Assembly (NCBI RefSeq): GCF_009914755.1
Contig: NC_060941.1
From: the human T2T-CHM13v2.0 reference genome, Homo sapiens
Reading direction: 5' to 3' (one strand)
Length of the DNA: 64,000 bases
Position numbers and translations under genes: made by a program. Shown here one piece after another: positions 36,490 through 53,760 of the stretch (positions are counted from its first letter, which is position 1; each line of letters begins with the position of its first letter). The notes under the pieces are model-generated. The model had not been told where the DNA came from. It worked only from the letters and a program-made list of their open reading frames with translations, and ran no database searches.

Positions 36490-36910
36490 GAGCCAGGCAT
36501 GATGGTGTGTGCCTGTATTCCCAGCGACTTGGGAGGCTGAGGTGGAAGAATAGCTTGAGCCCAGAAGTTCAAAGCTGCAGTGAGCAGAGATGGCGCCACT
36601 GCACTCCAGACTGGGTAACAAGAGTGAGCGGGACCCCTGTCTCTAAAAAATAGTAATAATGGCCGGGTACCATGGCTCATGCCGGTAATCCCAACACTTT
36701 GGGAGGCTGAGGCAGGATTGCTTTAACCTAGGAGTTTGAGACCAGCCTGGGCAACATAGTGAGACCATGTCTCTACAAAAAATGAGGTGGAAGGATCACT
36801 TGAACCCAGGAAGCCGAGGCTACAATCAGCTGTGATTTGCCACTGTACTCCCACCTGGGTAACAGAGTGAGACCCTGCCTCAAAATAATAATCATAAATA
36901 AAGAAAGAAA
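36490..36910 (+). mobile_element. AluJ right arm (36490-36655) plus internally deleted AluJ (36661-36910)
   Basis: tandem Alu pieces. Confidence 0.88.
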
Positions 36911-37898
36911 AACGTAACTGTCAATGTCCAACTCCCACTGCCAAACTGGGCCTAAAAATGAATGTTCAGTATAAGTATTCCATACCTTCTGAACCCGAGG
37001 CCTGAAGAATCAGCTTCCTGAATTGGGGGAGGTTATCCTCAGTTTCACTTTTGTGCGGTAATTCTAGGCTTCTGGCGGGATTCAAATCTCAGGGGCGTGT
37101 ACTTAGCAGAACAGCGTCCCCATTATCTGGGAGTCTGGGACTTGATGACTGTCTCTGCTTCACACTCTGCTCTGAGTTTGGCAGAATGGTCACCTTTCTC
37201 AGGAAACTCAGGCAGTCCTCAGCCGTCTCCCTGGGAGGGAGCAAAACTATTCAAGGGCCCCTTTCATGAGGAGAAAAAAAATAATCATCCAAAAACCTCA
37301 CACCAGCATAAACCAAAGTATTCAAGGCCCTCTTACAGATTTTTAAACAAGGCTTTAAGGGGAAAAAGAGAGGAGATGGGAAGAAGAAGAGAGAAGAAAG
37401 AACTCTTGGAATTCGATTGAGCAAATCTGGACATGAACAAGAAAATGGTGCACATACCAGTTGATGGTGGGGATTGGAAAGGCTGTGAAAATCATTGGAA
37501 GTTCCACAGACTAAACTTTCCATTTTTATCTTGACATTTTTCCTACCTAAGCTTTTATGCAAGTGGGTTTTTGGATCTCCAGGCTATAATTTATGTAATA
37601 TTTAATGATGAAAAAAATGGATTTGGACCAAAGCACTCCACTTCTCAAAAAGCTGACTGATTGCCTCCTGCCCCTCTCAGAAGTTCACTTTGAAAGAGGC
37701 CTTGTGTCGCTTTCTGATCAAGGCTCTTCCCAAGCCTTATGCCTGTACTGAGTTGTACAAGTTAGGGACCACCATCCCTCAACCTGGGAAAAGGCCTGGC
37801 ACAGAGAACAGAGAGAAATATTTGGTGCATGGAATCGGTAAAATAAGGGTGTGCAAGGATGGGCTGTGGAAGCACCTAGAGGTGCTGGGTATGTTGGG

Positions 37899-38462
<564 letters not shown>

Positions 38463-38576
38463 TGAGATTGTTGCCACCTGGACAGCATGTGACCCTAACT
38501 CAAGGATTTGTCGCTTCATGTTCAACCTTTGATCCTAACAAGGTACCCATGAACAGATTTAATAGAATGGTGTTCA

Positions 38577-38903
<327 letters not shown>

Positions 38904-39103
38904 TCAGGTTAGAAGCATGGATTTCCAAAGAACTTGTGGACTTCATAAAGACGTAAGAAACCCCAAGATCATCTGCAAGACTTTTAGGATGACTCATTAC
39001 CACATGCTGTCCTGAAATGAAGATGTTGTATTTGGCTCCCTGGTATCAAAGGCACTTTCTCTCAAAGTGAGAATAGATTAAGCAGAGGCTCGAGTCACCT
39101 CTA

Positions 39104-39651
39104 TGTATCAGTTAGTTACTGTTGTGTAACAAAACACCCCCAAACTTCATGGCTTATTAAAGCAAACAGTTCTTATTCCTCACAGGTCATCTATGGAACA
39201 ATTGTGGTTTCTTCTGGTCTGGGCTAGACTAGGCTGTTTATGGCATGGCTGGCTCACGCCTCTCTTGCCAGCTGGCAGGTTGGCTGGGGGCTGGCTGGTC
39301 TTGGATGGCTTCACTCATATGTTTGGTGATTGGCTGGCTTTTGGCTGCAGCGATGGCAGTGACTGAGTCATGAATCTCTCTGTATCTAGCGGGCTAGCCT
39401 AGGCTTGTTCCCTTGGTGGTGGCAGAGTTCCCAGAGAATGCGTAGAAGTGTGAATCCTGGCCTCGGAACTGGCTCAGTGTCACTTTTACCTCCATTCCAT
39501 CAGCCAAAGCAATCCATAAGGTCAGCATGAATTCAAGGACAGGGGAAATAAACTCCATCTCTTGATGGGAGGACCTGCAAAATCACATCATCAATGGTGT
39601 GGGTAAAGGCAGGTTTGGAGCATTGGAGCCATATTTGTAGACAGCCTACAC
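39104..39651 (-). mobile_element. MLT1 (G/H-type) MaLR LTR
   Basis: tgtatcagttag..tgtgtaacaaaacacccccaaactt; actccatctcttgatgggagga. Confidence 0.75.
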
Positions 39652-40391
39652 AAATGGGTTGGCTGTATTTTCAAGATGGCTGACTTGGGCCAGGGTTACA
39701 ATGTGTGACCTGGAACTGAGGCCATCTCTGTATGAAACGAGTATACCATAGAGGAATCAGACACATAGCCCTAACCTCAATGGGCCTGTGTCCCTAAGCC
39801 AGCAGCTGTAGGTCCAAAGTGTTTCCCATTTCAAAATATTACCTACGATTTCTTCTCTCAATACCCTTGTGAGTGTTTCCTGCATTTTGCAGTAAAGGGA
39901 ACCACAAAATAAGGGCTTGGGGCTATTTTTTTTTTGACAGATATTTCTTTTTGAAATAAGGTTTAAACCAATCAAACATTCTTCTTTGGAAACAACTGAT
40001 TGCAATATTTCTACGCTATAGTTTCACTGATTCCTGCTGACTTCCTAAGGTACTGCACACATGGAAGAGGTAAGGAGAGTAAGCCAAGCTTTGTGGTTTA
40101 AAGGCTATAAATCAAATTTTGTAAATCTAGGGCACAAATGTGACCTACTAAGGACTGTAGTGAACCGTGGTGCCCCATCCAGTTATTGAGAGCAAGGCTT
40201 TCAAGCATTCAACTTGGCTGTATCAGTTGGTCTTGAATCATGTCCTTGAATATGTCTAGAGCCGCCTACACAGACCCATGATGCTGCCATCTCTGGGAGA
40301 AAAGAAGCAGCATTCGTGAGGTGGCTAGATTCCCTGATCAATCCACCCCACCCCATGGTGATACAATAAAAAAAAGAAAAGTTGCTTCTTA

Positions 40392-40705
<314 letters not shown>

Positions 40706-40709
40706 TCAA

Positions 40710-41442
40710 TGTGGCAATTATTGCTGGTTACTTACCCAATAGCTGTTCCTTACTGCCCCCACACACTTTGCTTTCTTCCAGGCTAACAGAACCCTAATTT
40801 GGTTTCAGTACAAGTAGCAATGCGTTTTGGCAAGATAGGACCCTCCATTTCCCCAGAGAATGAACTGTGACTGGTCCAAGGTAACCACTGTACTCCCTTT
40901 TTCCTGTGGTAATGACTGGTTTCAGGGTGGACATGTGACCTAATTCTGGCCAATAATACTAAGAGGGAGTCTGCCAGGGGCTTCTGGGAAAGATTTCTTC
41001 TTGATAAAAAAGAGAGGTGAACTAAGAGAATCCTTCATCCCTTCCTTCCTGCTTTTAGACTTTATTTCTAGATGAAGAAAAGTGATGTTTGGAGATGTCG
41101 CAGCCATCTCATCACCACAAAGGGAGGGCTAAGAGAATCTCTCAGAAATGGACCCGAGCCCTGACATTGTGATGCTGAGCCAGCCTGGAACCAGGGATGG
41201 AGTGTAGCCGGAAGTATGATCCAGCAGCAATGGTTGTTTAAGGCTAGGCTTTATTCTGACTGGTCAGGCTTCGGTTCTCATTTGTCAATGTCTGGGACAG
41301 ATTGGTTGTTAAGTATTTCGAATACCCCTTGGTTGGAATCAGTGCCTCTGGATTTATTGGTATGTAATGAAAATAAACACTTTTTTAAAAAGCACTTAAC
41401 TGGATATTCAGTTACTTGCAGCCAAAAGCTTTCTAACTACAT
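40710..41442 (+). mobile_element. Old ERVL/MaLR LTR (LTR33/MLT1L-like) containing a small insert
   Basis: catgtgacctaattctggccaat..ggcttctgggaaag; ends gttacttgcagccaaaagc. Confidence 0.6.
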
Positions 41443-41959
41443 AGTTTGGGTTCACAGAACCCAGTCACATCTGAACTGCATCTGTGGGGACTTCACTTGC
41501 ACAGCTTTGGGGGACTGCAGCCCTGTTAGCATCTATCTCATTCCTTCCTCACCACCACTCCCGCCCCCTACCCATTGTTAGGTAGCAATAATGTCTTTCT
41601 GTGTTTATTTTTTATATCAGGTGGTGGTGGGAGGGTAAAGGCAAACTGTCTAATATCTGTGGCCTGGAAGAGAAAGCTATTGTAGCTCTATCAGTGTACT
41701 GTATCTGCTCTTCATGGAAGAGTCGAGATAGAAATTTATCCTCTCTGGCAGAATGTAGGAGATTTAGCTAACTTCTACCTAATCTATCCATTTGCTCTTT
41801 TGCTATACCATTTGATTAGCCATATTGATAATGTCTTTTTTAGGAATGAGGCTTGGGTAGCCATCAGTCAACCAGTCAACCAATCAATCTTGTTGATGCA
41901 TGCCATCGGTAACAAGAGAAGACTTCAGGGAGAGGGTCTAGGGGCACACTCGCTGCTTT

Positions 41960-42120
41960 GCATTGTAATTTTTTTTTCTGTGTCCATCTTCCCTGTTAGA
42001 CTATGAGCAATTTAATGGCAAGAACGGTATCTTCAATCTCTGTATTCCTAGGTTTAGCACAGTATCTGGCCCATACAGGGTGCTTAATAGATGATTTGTT
42101 GAAAGAAAAAAAATAATGAA
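41960..42120 (+). mobile_element. L2 3' end
   Basis: tagactatgagc..tctctgtattcc..tagcacagtatctggc..tttgttgaa. Confidence 0.7.
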
Positions 42121-43461
42121 TCACATATGAAATTATTTTAAAATGCACGTTCTACCAAGACAAGATGATTTTTATGGACACAGAAACACCTTCCTATGTG
42201 GCCAGCTTAAAAAAAGTTCTAATTAGGGATATTGGAATATCTTATCCCATTTTAAAACCAACACATTCAGAAATACAATCAAAGGGAATCAGCCTATCTT
42301 TCCACATGCTTTTTGTGGCACAGTTTGTGCCTAGAAAGCCTTTTTTTAATGGGAAAGATGATGTTTCTTAAAGCATCTCCTACTAAATATGGTGACAAGA
42401 AATGGAAATATCATTCTCAGGGTTAAAAAAGATTTTTCATGAATTCACTAAGTAGTGTGTTTGAACTAACTTTAAAAGCTGACTTCGACAAACTAGATAA
42501 AATATACTTCTATCTCTGCTAACCATCTTTCAACATGTCAGCTCATCTGAGGCCTCCCTGAGATCCATGAGAGACAGCGTGTAAGCTGTTCTTTAGATGG
42601 CCATCTAAAAACTCATCAAATAGCAAGGTATGAAAAACAAAATCACCTCCAAAACGTTCAAATTGCATTGATCTGTGGCATAAAACCCTCACCACAGGAA
42701 GAGAAATGATGGATTTGAGACCCGCAGGAGGATTCGTTTAAAGTGCTTTGTGTTGTATGTGTGTGTGTTTTATTTTAATTTATGTATGGAATTGCCCGGG
42801 AGTAGTAAATAGACTTTATTTGCTATATTTCGAGGAAGATAAAATTATCAGGACTGTCTATGTATTTCAAAGCCAAGAAAAACAAAAACAGCTTTGAAGC
42901 GTCTCCTGGATTTTTTTGTCCTAATCTTCTAAGAGATGGTCTTGATAATGTTTATTCTTTTCTTCTTTCTAAACTGATTGAAAGTACCATTTTTCTCAGT
43001 TAAAATAGCAATCTGATTCTTAACTAGGTCAGGTAAAGTACCCATTGAGCAGCACAGATTATTTAAACGATTGCAAAAGGGCAGGTAGGAATTTCTGAAT
43101 AGCATTGCCACACTTCTTTCCAAATCTCTCTCCTCTCCTTCTCTCTAAGCTTGTGTGGCTCCCACCGGGAACACACCCTGGTCTTTGAAGGGTGGGTTTT
43201 TCATTTGAATTCATACCCACCATCTGGACAAGTTTTTCTGCTGCATTTCCCCTATAACCCAAAGAGTGAAGCCATTTTCCATCTGCTTGGAGATAATGTG
43301 TGGAGTTTTTCTTTCCATTGGTGGGCATGGGGAAGGAGATACGCACACTGTATTATAACGCAGCCAGTGATGATGGAGAGGCAGGGCTTTGGTTTAAATT
43401 TTACATACTCAGAAACATCCATTTCTGACAAAATCCCATCTTGTGAATCCCCCATAGCCTG

Positions 43462-43652
43462 GAGGAGCAATTGGCAAACTTTTTCTGTAAAGGGCCAGAT
43501 AGTAAATATCTTAGGCTTTGTAGGACATTTGGTCTCTGTTGAAACTGCTCAACTCTGCACAAAAGTGGCCGTAAACAATATGGATTTGAATAGGCATGCC
43601 TGTGTTCAGTAAAGCTATGTACAGAACCAGACAGTGGGTCGTGGTCCCTGGC
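43462..43652 (+). mobile_element. MER58A (hAT-Charlie)
   Basis: ggcaaactttttctgtaaagggccagatagtaaatatcttaggcttt. Confidence 0.85.
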
Positions 43653-44219
43653 TCAGAGCATCTCTCCATGCTTCATGTTGGAGGCCCACATCTTGGTTTT
43701 CTGCAAGGTGGCATTCTATCTGCTCTCGTGAGGAGGGGGTGAGCCCAGCAATGGCTCAGATCCACTTAGGCAAGACCATACCGCCACCCTACCTGTGTCC
43801 CAGGACACACTTGTGCCCAGTGGAGACCTGGTGAGCATTATAGGGTGTAAACCCTCAAATTAATGAGCTTGCCAGCTGCCCTTGTTAAGGCCCTGAGTGT
43901 CCCATCTCAGTCACGGTGACCATCTTCTCCCTCATCACATATTTCATTCTTTGGCCTCTTCTCCACACTCTCAACTAGGGCTATCTTTCTAAAGTACTGT
44001 TTGGTCGCGGAGCTCTTGTTTGAACAATGATTGATGAAGAAAGTCCATCATGTCTAATCACAGCATTCAAGGCTCTTTATAAGCTGGCACCAGGGCTGAC
44101 TTATTAGGCACGGTAGGTATAGTAGTTGGGGTCCATGATACTTTTAGGCCCTCAAGCATGTTTTAATTTTAATTTCCTTTAAAGTACAAGAAAAATGAGT
44201 ACAATAATAGTAATAATGA

Positions 44220-45202
<983 letters not shown>

Positions 45203-45299
45203 TATATTCATCTATATACCAGTGCAGTTGTAAATATAACTTTTTTTTTTTTAATAGAAGAAGGGGCCCACAAAAGCAAAAGGACTTGAGGTCCTTTCT

Positions 45300-45492
45300 A
45301 AGGACTGCCATATGAAATATGGAAGGCCCGGTTACATTTGCATTTCAGATCAACAATGAATAATATCTTTGTATAAATATTTTGCAAATATTGCATGGGG
45401 CACATTCGTACTAAGAAAACAATTGTTGTTTATCTGAAATTCAAATTAACTGGGCATCTTGTATTTTTTATTTGCTAAATCTGGCAGCCCTG
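45300..45492 (-). mobile_element. MER53 palindromic hAT MITE
   Basis: tttcagatcaacaa vs ttgtttatctgaaa arms; terminus tttgctaaatctggcagccctg. Confidence 0.85.
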
Positions 45493-45566
45493 CAGGAAAG
45501 TCATAATGTGGCCCTGGCTGGAATGAAGCACAGTTGCAACCTTCTCTCTCGTGTTCTTGAAGGTAA

Positions 45567-46119
<553 letters not shown>

Positions 46120-46296
46120 CTATACTAGACTGGAAACGTGGCTGGTCCAAGTTCAAAGCTTAGAGAGAATAATCACTCTGCCTCTGTTGCTAGCTTTCAT
46201 TTGGCTTTACTTCCTAACCTGTACATAAGCAGTGCAAAGGAGAATGATGAAATCAAGCATATATAATGGCGTGAAAGAAGGCAGCTCCCTCATGCT

Positions 46297-46403
46297 GGTC
46301 TGTACCTCACACTGGGGCATCAGTACCTCACAGAGGAGGTCTGTACTTACAGAGGAGGCCTGGGCCTCACAGAGAAGCCTGGACCTCACAGAGGCCGGCC
46401 TGA
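46297..46403. repeat. Degenerate ~20-bp minisatellite (core cctcacagag), about 5 units
   Basis: ggYctgKacctcacagagga units read directly. Confidence 0.8.
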
Positions 46404-46834
46404 AGTTGGCAGTCCCAGCAGCTTACACAATGGAAGGGATTTGTTACTTCAGAGGAGCAGCCTTGCTATATTTTATACCTTTTTATTGTTGTCCAGGAGA
46501 GGCTCATACCTCACAGAGGCATTATGTCAGAACCCAAGGATCTGCCTTATCATGAAAATAATTTCTTACTTCCACCCCTCTGTGCTTTAACCCTTACTGC
46601 ACCATCAAGGTTATCCCACAGTTCTGTGGGCTGACCATAGCCCTGCCTTGTCACCAGCACAGGCAGGAGAGGGCATTTTGATGAACCATGAGAGATAGGG
46701 ATTTGACATTCTGACTGCCCTGTCCACTGGGGTGCTTTCTCCTACCTCCAAGCCCAAGAGGAACACATACTTTTCTGGGTACCTCGGCACACCTCTGTCA
46801 CTGATGACTCCTGCTATAAATGTTCACATGCACA

Positions 46835-46972
46835 TCTGCTCCCTGGGCACCTGTGACCTCTGCGCTGGCAGGGATTGTGTTTTATTCATGTGGTTTTCCC
46901 CAGCACCTAGACCATAGTAGCCCCTCAAATGTTTGCTGTATAAATACATGAATGAATGAATGAATGAATATA
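46835..46972 (+). mobile_element. L2 3' end
   Basis: ggcagggattgtgt..ccccagcacctag..(tgaa)n. Confidence 0.75.
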
Positions 46973-47599
46973 GGAATTTAATCTGCAGCTTTGCACAAGC
47001 AAGCACTGCACCACAACTGGCCGGCACTGAGTTACTGTAGGTAAAGTGTGTGCATGCAAGTAGAGGCACCAAAAAATTAGTAGGAAACTGAAAAACAGAG
47101 TCTTGTATCCAATGGCATCAAGCTTCATCCTGGTGGAGCAAGGTGGGTATCAGCAGTCCCATCCGCTGGAGATGCTGTCTTCCACGTGCCTGGGCCGCAG
47201 ACTGAGGCCTTTCCCTAACCTGCACTGGAGTGTCCCGTTTGATTGATGGCTTTATTTCTACCTCCATTTCCAGGAATGGGAGCCTGGTCCTAGTCCACCT
47301 CCACTTACTGGTTAGGGCCTAGACTTTGCCCAACTCCTCACCAACCCCTTTCTTCTGGAGGCTTCCTGTGGCTTCCTTGCATCCCCATCTCTAAAACATC
47401 TGGACCTGATGGGCAATAGCCTGGTGTGAAGAGCATCGGGAAATCTCATGGCCAAATCGGACCCCCGTGGCCTTGGATGCCAGCCTCAATCAGATCTACA
47501 TTCGAAGTGTCTCCTGCCTTTCCTTCCCCAAAGCCTCCTGGGCAGCCTACTCCCACAGCCAGAGGTGGGTGGGGAAGGCGAGGGCCCCAATGCTGGAGT

Positions 47600-47750
47600 G
47601 GACATTTTTGGGTTTGGATCTTGACTCTGACACTGACCAGCTGAGTGGTCTTGGGAAAGTTATTTCATCTCAGTTTCCTCATCAGTCAACTAATAATACG
47701 ATCTCATCGGAAAGAGAGAATTAAGTGAGATCACTTAGCAGATACACAAA
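47600..47750 (+). mobile_element. MIR
   Basis: ctctgacactgaccagctgagtggtcttggg..ctcagtttcctcatc. Confidence 0.7.
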
Positions 47751-48528
47751 ACCATATCAATTCTTTTCCCTTATGCTCTTGGACCCCTACCTCTTCCTAA
47801 ATTTCTTCTTCTCCACTTATCTTTGAAATGCAGGATTCAAAGTGCCTTGCAGTCTGAGAAAGAGCCAGAGAGACGTTCTCCTTGAGTCCTACTCTGCAAC
47901 CAAGCCTTTCCGAGTGGCTGCTCTCTTGTATACTGGGGAAGGGAGGATGATGTTAACCAAAAGGACCCAGCAGCAGACATGAGGAGCAACAAAGCACAAG
48001 ACAAGCACACAGAGCACAAGTTGCTGAAAAGGGCACAGACGGCACAGCACATTCTGCCCAAGCTGGAGAGACAAACATGATTAGAAAGAGATAGAATGGA
48101 ATACACTCCTGACGTCAGTGGGCAAGAGGGGACGAAGCAATAAAGGGAAAATGCTGTAAAGGAAAACTGGAATTTCATTTTCACGGTTGATTCTCAATTA
48201 CTCAGGCTTGGTGGGAGGCTACACTTGTACCAAATGTAGCACCCAGAGTACGTGGCCGCTCCTCTTCCTGGAAACAGAGTAATGGTTGCCATTCACTTTC
48301 TGATCTATTCAGTAAGTCCCTGGTGGGATCCTTCAGAAAGAGAAAGGGCGACATCCATTATGCTGCTAGTTTCCTGCCCTTTCCACTTGTTTCCATTTCT
48401 ATCTCCTTCTCTTCCTGCCATTTACCACAGCCAAGTACATAGAATGACAAGAGATTCAGTGATGGTTGTCCTCAATTTCCAGTTTAATTCAGATTGTTTT
48501 CTGTGGAAAAAAAAAATTCCCAAGGCTG

Positions 48529-48530
<2 letters not shown>

Positions 48531-48585
<55 letters not shown>

Positions 48586-48881
48586 TTTTTTTTTTTTTGA
48601 GACAGAGTCTTACTTTGTCACCCAGGCTGGAATGCGTTGGGAGTGATCTCGGCTCGCCGCAACCTTCGCCTTCTGGGTTCAAGTGATTCTTCTGCCTCAG
48701 CCTCCTGAGTAGCTGGGATTACAGCCACCCGCCACCACACCTGGCTAATTTTTGTATTTTCAGTAGAGATGGGGTTTCGCCATGTTGGCTAGGCTGGTCT
48801 TGAACTCCTGACCTCAAGCGGTCTGCCCGCCTTGGCCTCCCAAAGTTCTGGGATTACAGGCGTGAGCCACTGCGTCCAGCC
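48531..48881 (-). mobile_element. AluS with (TTTC)n tail microsatellite
   Basis: TSD cccaagg(c/t)tgatctttc. Confidence 0.94.
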
Positions 48882-48989
48882 CCAAGGTTGATCTTTCAAG
48901 AAGAATCATTTAGTTACTTTTTGTGTTGTTTATTCCCCCAGTATCACCTATAATATGTTAATCACAAGAGGGGATGCAGGAGGAGTTAA

Positions 48990-49750
48990 GATGAGCTACT
49001 TAGTCCACATAGTCTGGTAAGAGAGTCAGGGATGTAGACAAATGATTCTAGGACAAGATATGCTAAAGCTGCCACAAAGGGCTGTTCAAAGTGCTATGGG
49101 AATACCAAGAAATGAGTGACTGCCAGTCTCAAAAGAGAAACTGCTTGAGCTGTCTTAAAGGATGAACCCCTTTGCTCAGATTTACAGATGGTCAGAAAAC
49201 ATTCCAAATGGAGAGAGCAATTCAACAACGGTTCAGATGCGTGGATTGGCCTAACTTATGGGAGAATTTGGTTTGGCTAGAATACAAGGTATTTGGGGGA
49301 AGTAGCAAGAGCTGGAGCTAGATAGCTTAGCTGAAGCCTGATTACTGCATTCACAAATATTTACTGAGCACCTGCTATGCACCAGGGGCCGTTCTATGTG
49401 CTTGGGACAGAAGAATCCTTGAGAGCACCATGGGCCCTGCCATCTCAGGGCACACTCACCATAAGGCCTGCAAAGGGAGAGAAGCAATCAGTTGCCAAAC
49501 CGGGAAGTGCCTTTCAACGCTGTGCAAGGGAATGCTATCTTACTGCAGTAGAAGCTCAGGGACCATTGAAAGATTTTAAATAAAGGAATGTAATGCTCAT
49601 TTTGACACTGTAGAGAATCCATGGAACATGGAGTGAAGATAAGTAAAACTGGGGACAGGGGACTAGTTAGGAGGCTACTGTTATAATCTAACTGGCATAT
49701 GACAAAAACACTGAGCTAAGCAGGAGAGGTGTTTCAGGAAGTGACCTGGA
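48990..49750 (-). mobile_element. L2 fragments
   Basis: aatatttactgagcacctgctatgcaccagg; ccattgaaagattttaa; gttaggaggctactg. Confidence 0.65.
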
Positions 49751-49804
49751 TAGACAACAATAACATAATAGCAACCTGATAGCTGCTCTTAAGCAAAGAG
49801 CTCT

Positions 49805-50372
49805 CTTTTTAAATTATTGTAGTAAAATACACATAACATAAAATTTACCATTTAACCACTTTTCAGTGTATAATTCAGTTGCATTTGATACATTCACAGA
49901 GTTGTACAACTATCACCACTATCTTGTTCCAGAATATTTTCATCACCCTGAAAGGAAACTCCATACTTACAAAGCAGTCACTCCCCATTCCCCTCTCCCT
50001 CACCTCCTGGCAATCATCAGTCTGCTTTCTGTCTCTATAGATTTGCCTACCCTGAATATTTCATATAATTAGAATTATACAATATGTGGCCTTTTGTGTC
50101 TGGATTCTTTCACTTAGCATAATGTTTGCAAGATTCATCCATGTCATAGCACAGATCAGTTACTGCATTCCTCTTTATGGCTGAATAATATTCCATCGTA
50201 TGGATATACCATATTTCATTTATCCATTCTTAAGCTGATGAACATTCAGATTGTTTCTACCTTTTGACTATTGTGAATAGTATGTGCTACTGTGAACATT
50301 CATGTACAAGTTTTTGCTTAAACACCTGTTTTCAATTCTTTGGGGTATATGCCCAGGAGTGAAATTGCTGAG
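49805..50372 (-). mobile_element. L1MB-type 3' end
   Basis: gtaaaatacacataacataaaatttaccatttaacc; ggcttt..cacttagcataatgttt. Confidence 0.88.
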
Positions 50373-50961
50373 ACCCCTCTTTTTAATTTATAACTTTTAG
50401 TTCCCAGGAAAATTCATTTTTTAGAAAACTTACACAAAAGCTTTGTTCACTTGCTGGGGGATTATGAATGATAGGGGAGTATTTCTTTCAGTTTGTAATT
50501 TCGCTGGGATCAGTTTCAACACTAAGCTTTTGCTCAGGGCCTGCCTGACTCTGATCTGCAAGAAGTGATCTCCAGCTGGGGCCTGATTTTGTTGAAGTGG
50601 CCACAGAAGCAAATTGTCATGGGCTCCTTGATCTAGAGACATATGGTCGAATTTCTTGACCAAAATAGACTCCATATTGTCTGTCCTGATTTCCTGTCTG
50701 GGTTATTCAAGGAAAGCCTGAGGGGACCAGTGTTGATAATTAGAGACTCTCAGCTTCTGACCTCAGCACCTGCTTCAGGATTTAGGATGATTATCATTCT
50801 TTGGCCATTTGAAGGACAAATGCAACACTATTTCCTCCATTAGCCATAGTATGGTCTTTTAGAATGACTAAATGAAGTTTAGAGATACCTTAGCCACTTT
50901 GGTTTTATGTGTGAGGTGGGGGCATGATAAATGCTGTCTGAATTTTTCTAGCTGTACTGAT

Positions 50962-51125
50962 ATGGCCTAGTGGAAATAACATCTTCTCTGGTCCTGACCA
51001 AGCTCAATTTGAATTATGTCACTTTGTAACTATATGACCTTGGGCAAGTTATTTAAACTCTCTGAGCCTAACATCCCTCATTTGTAAAATAAAAGTAATA
51101 ATTCCATCTGTAGGTAGATGACTTG
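50962..51125 (+). mobile_element. MIR
   Basis: tgaccttgggcaagttatttaaactctctgagcct..ctcatttgtaaaat. Confidence 0.8.
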
Positions 51126-51434
51126 ATTTTGGCTGAGGCCCCAAAATACTGAGAAAAACGAAAGTGGCAAGCTTTCCCCCTTTGCAAAAAATAAGATACT
51201 AGAACACATTTGCAAGTCTATGGAGCCATCCTGGAACCAGTTCTGTGACCCCTAGCTCTGTCCACCTCAAAGATATGACCCAGGCTGAAGTCATAAAGTC
51301 CAGAAGTTGCAATTAGGTTTCTTGGAAAGAGTTGTCAGTGAGATAGGAGTTTTATTCTTTTCTTTAGAGAGAGCTAAGAAATGTTTTCCTTTCACTACAA
51401 GTTTAGTGAGAAAGCTCCATAGAAACCCTAATTC

Positions 51435-53760
<2,326 letters not shown>

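Noticed and set aside
46297-46519. CRISPR-like array
   Set aside because: Eukaryotic context, linkers are short and similar to each other rather than unique spacers, no cas genes.
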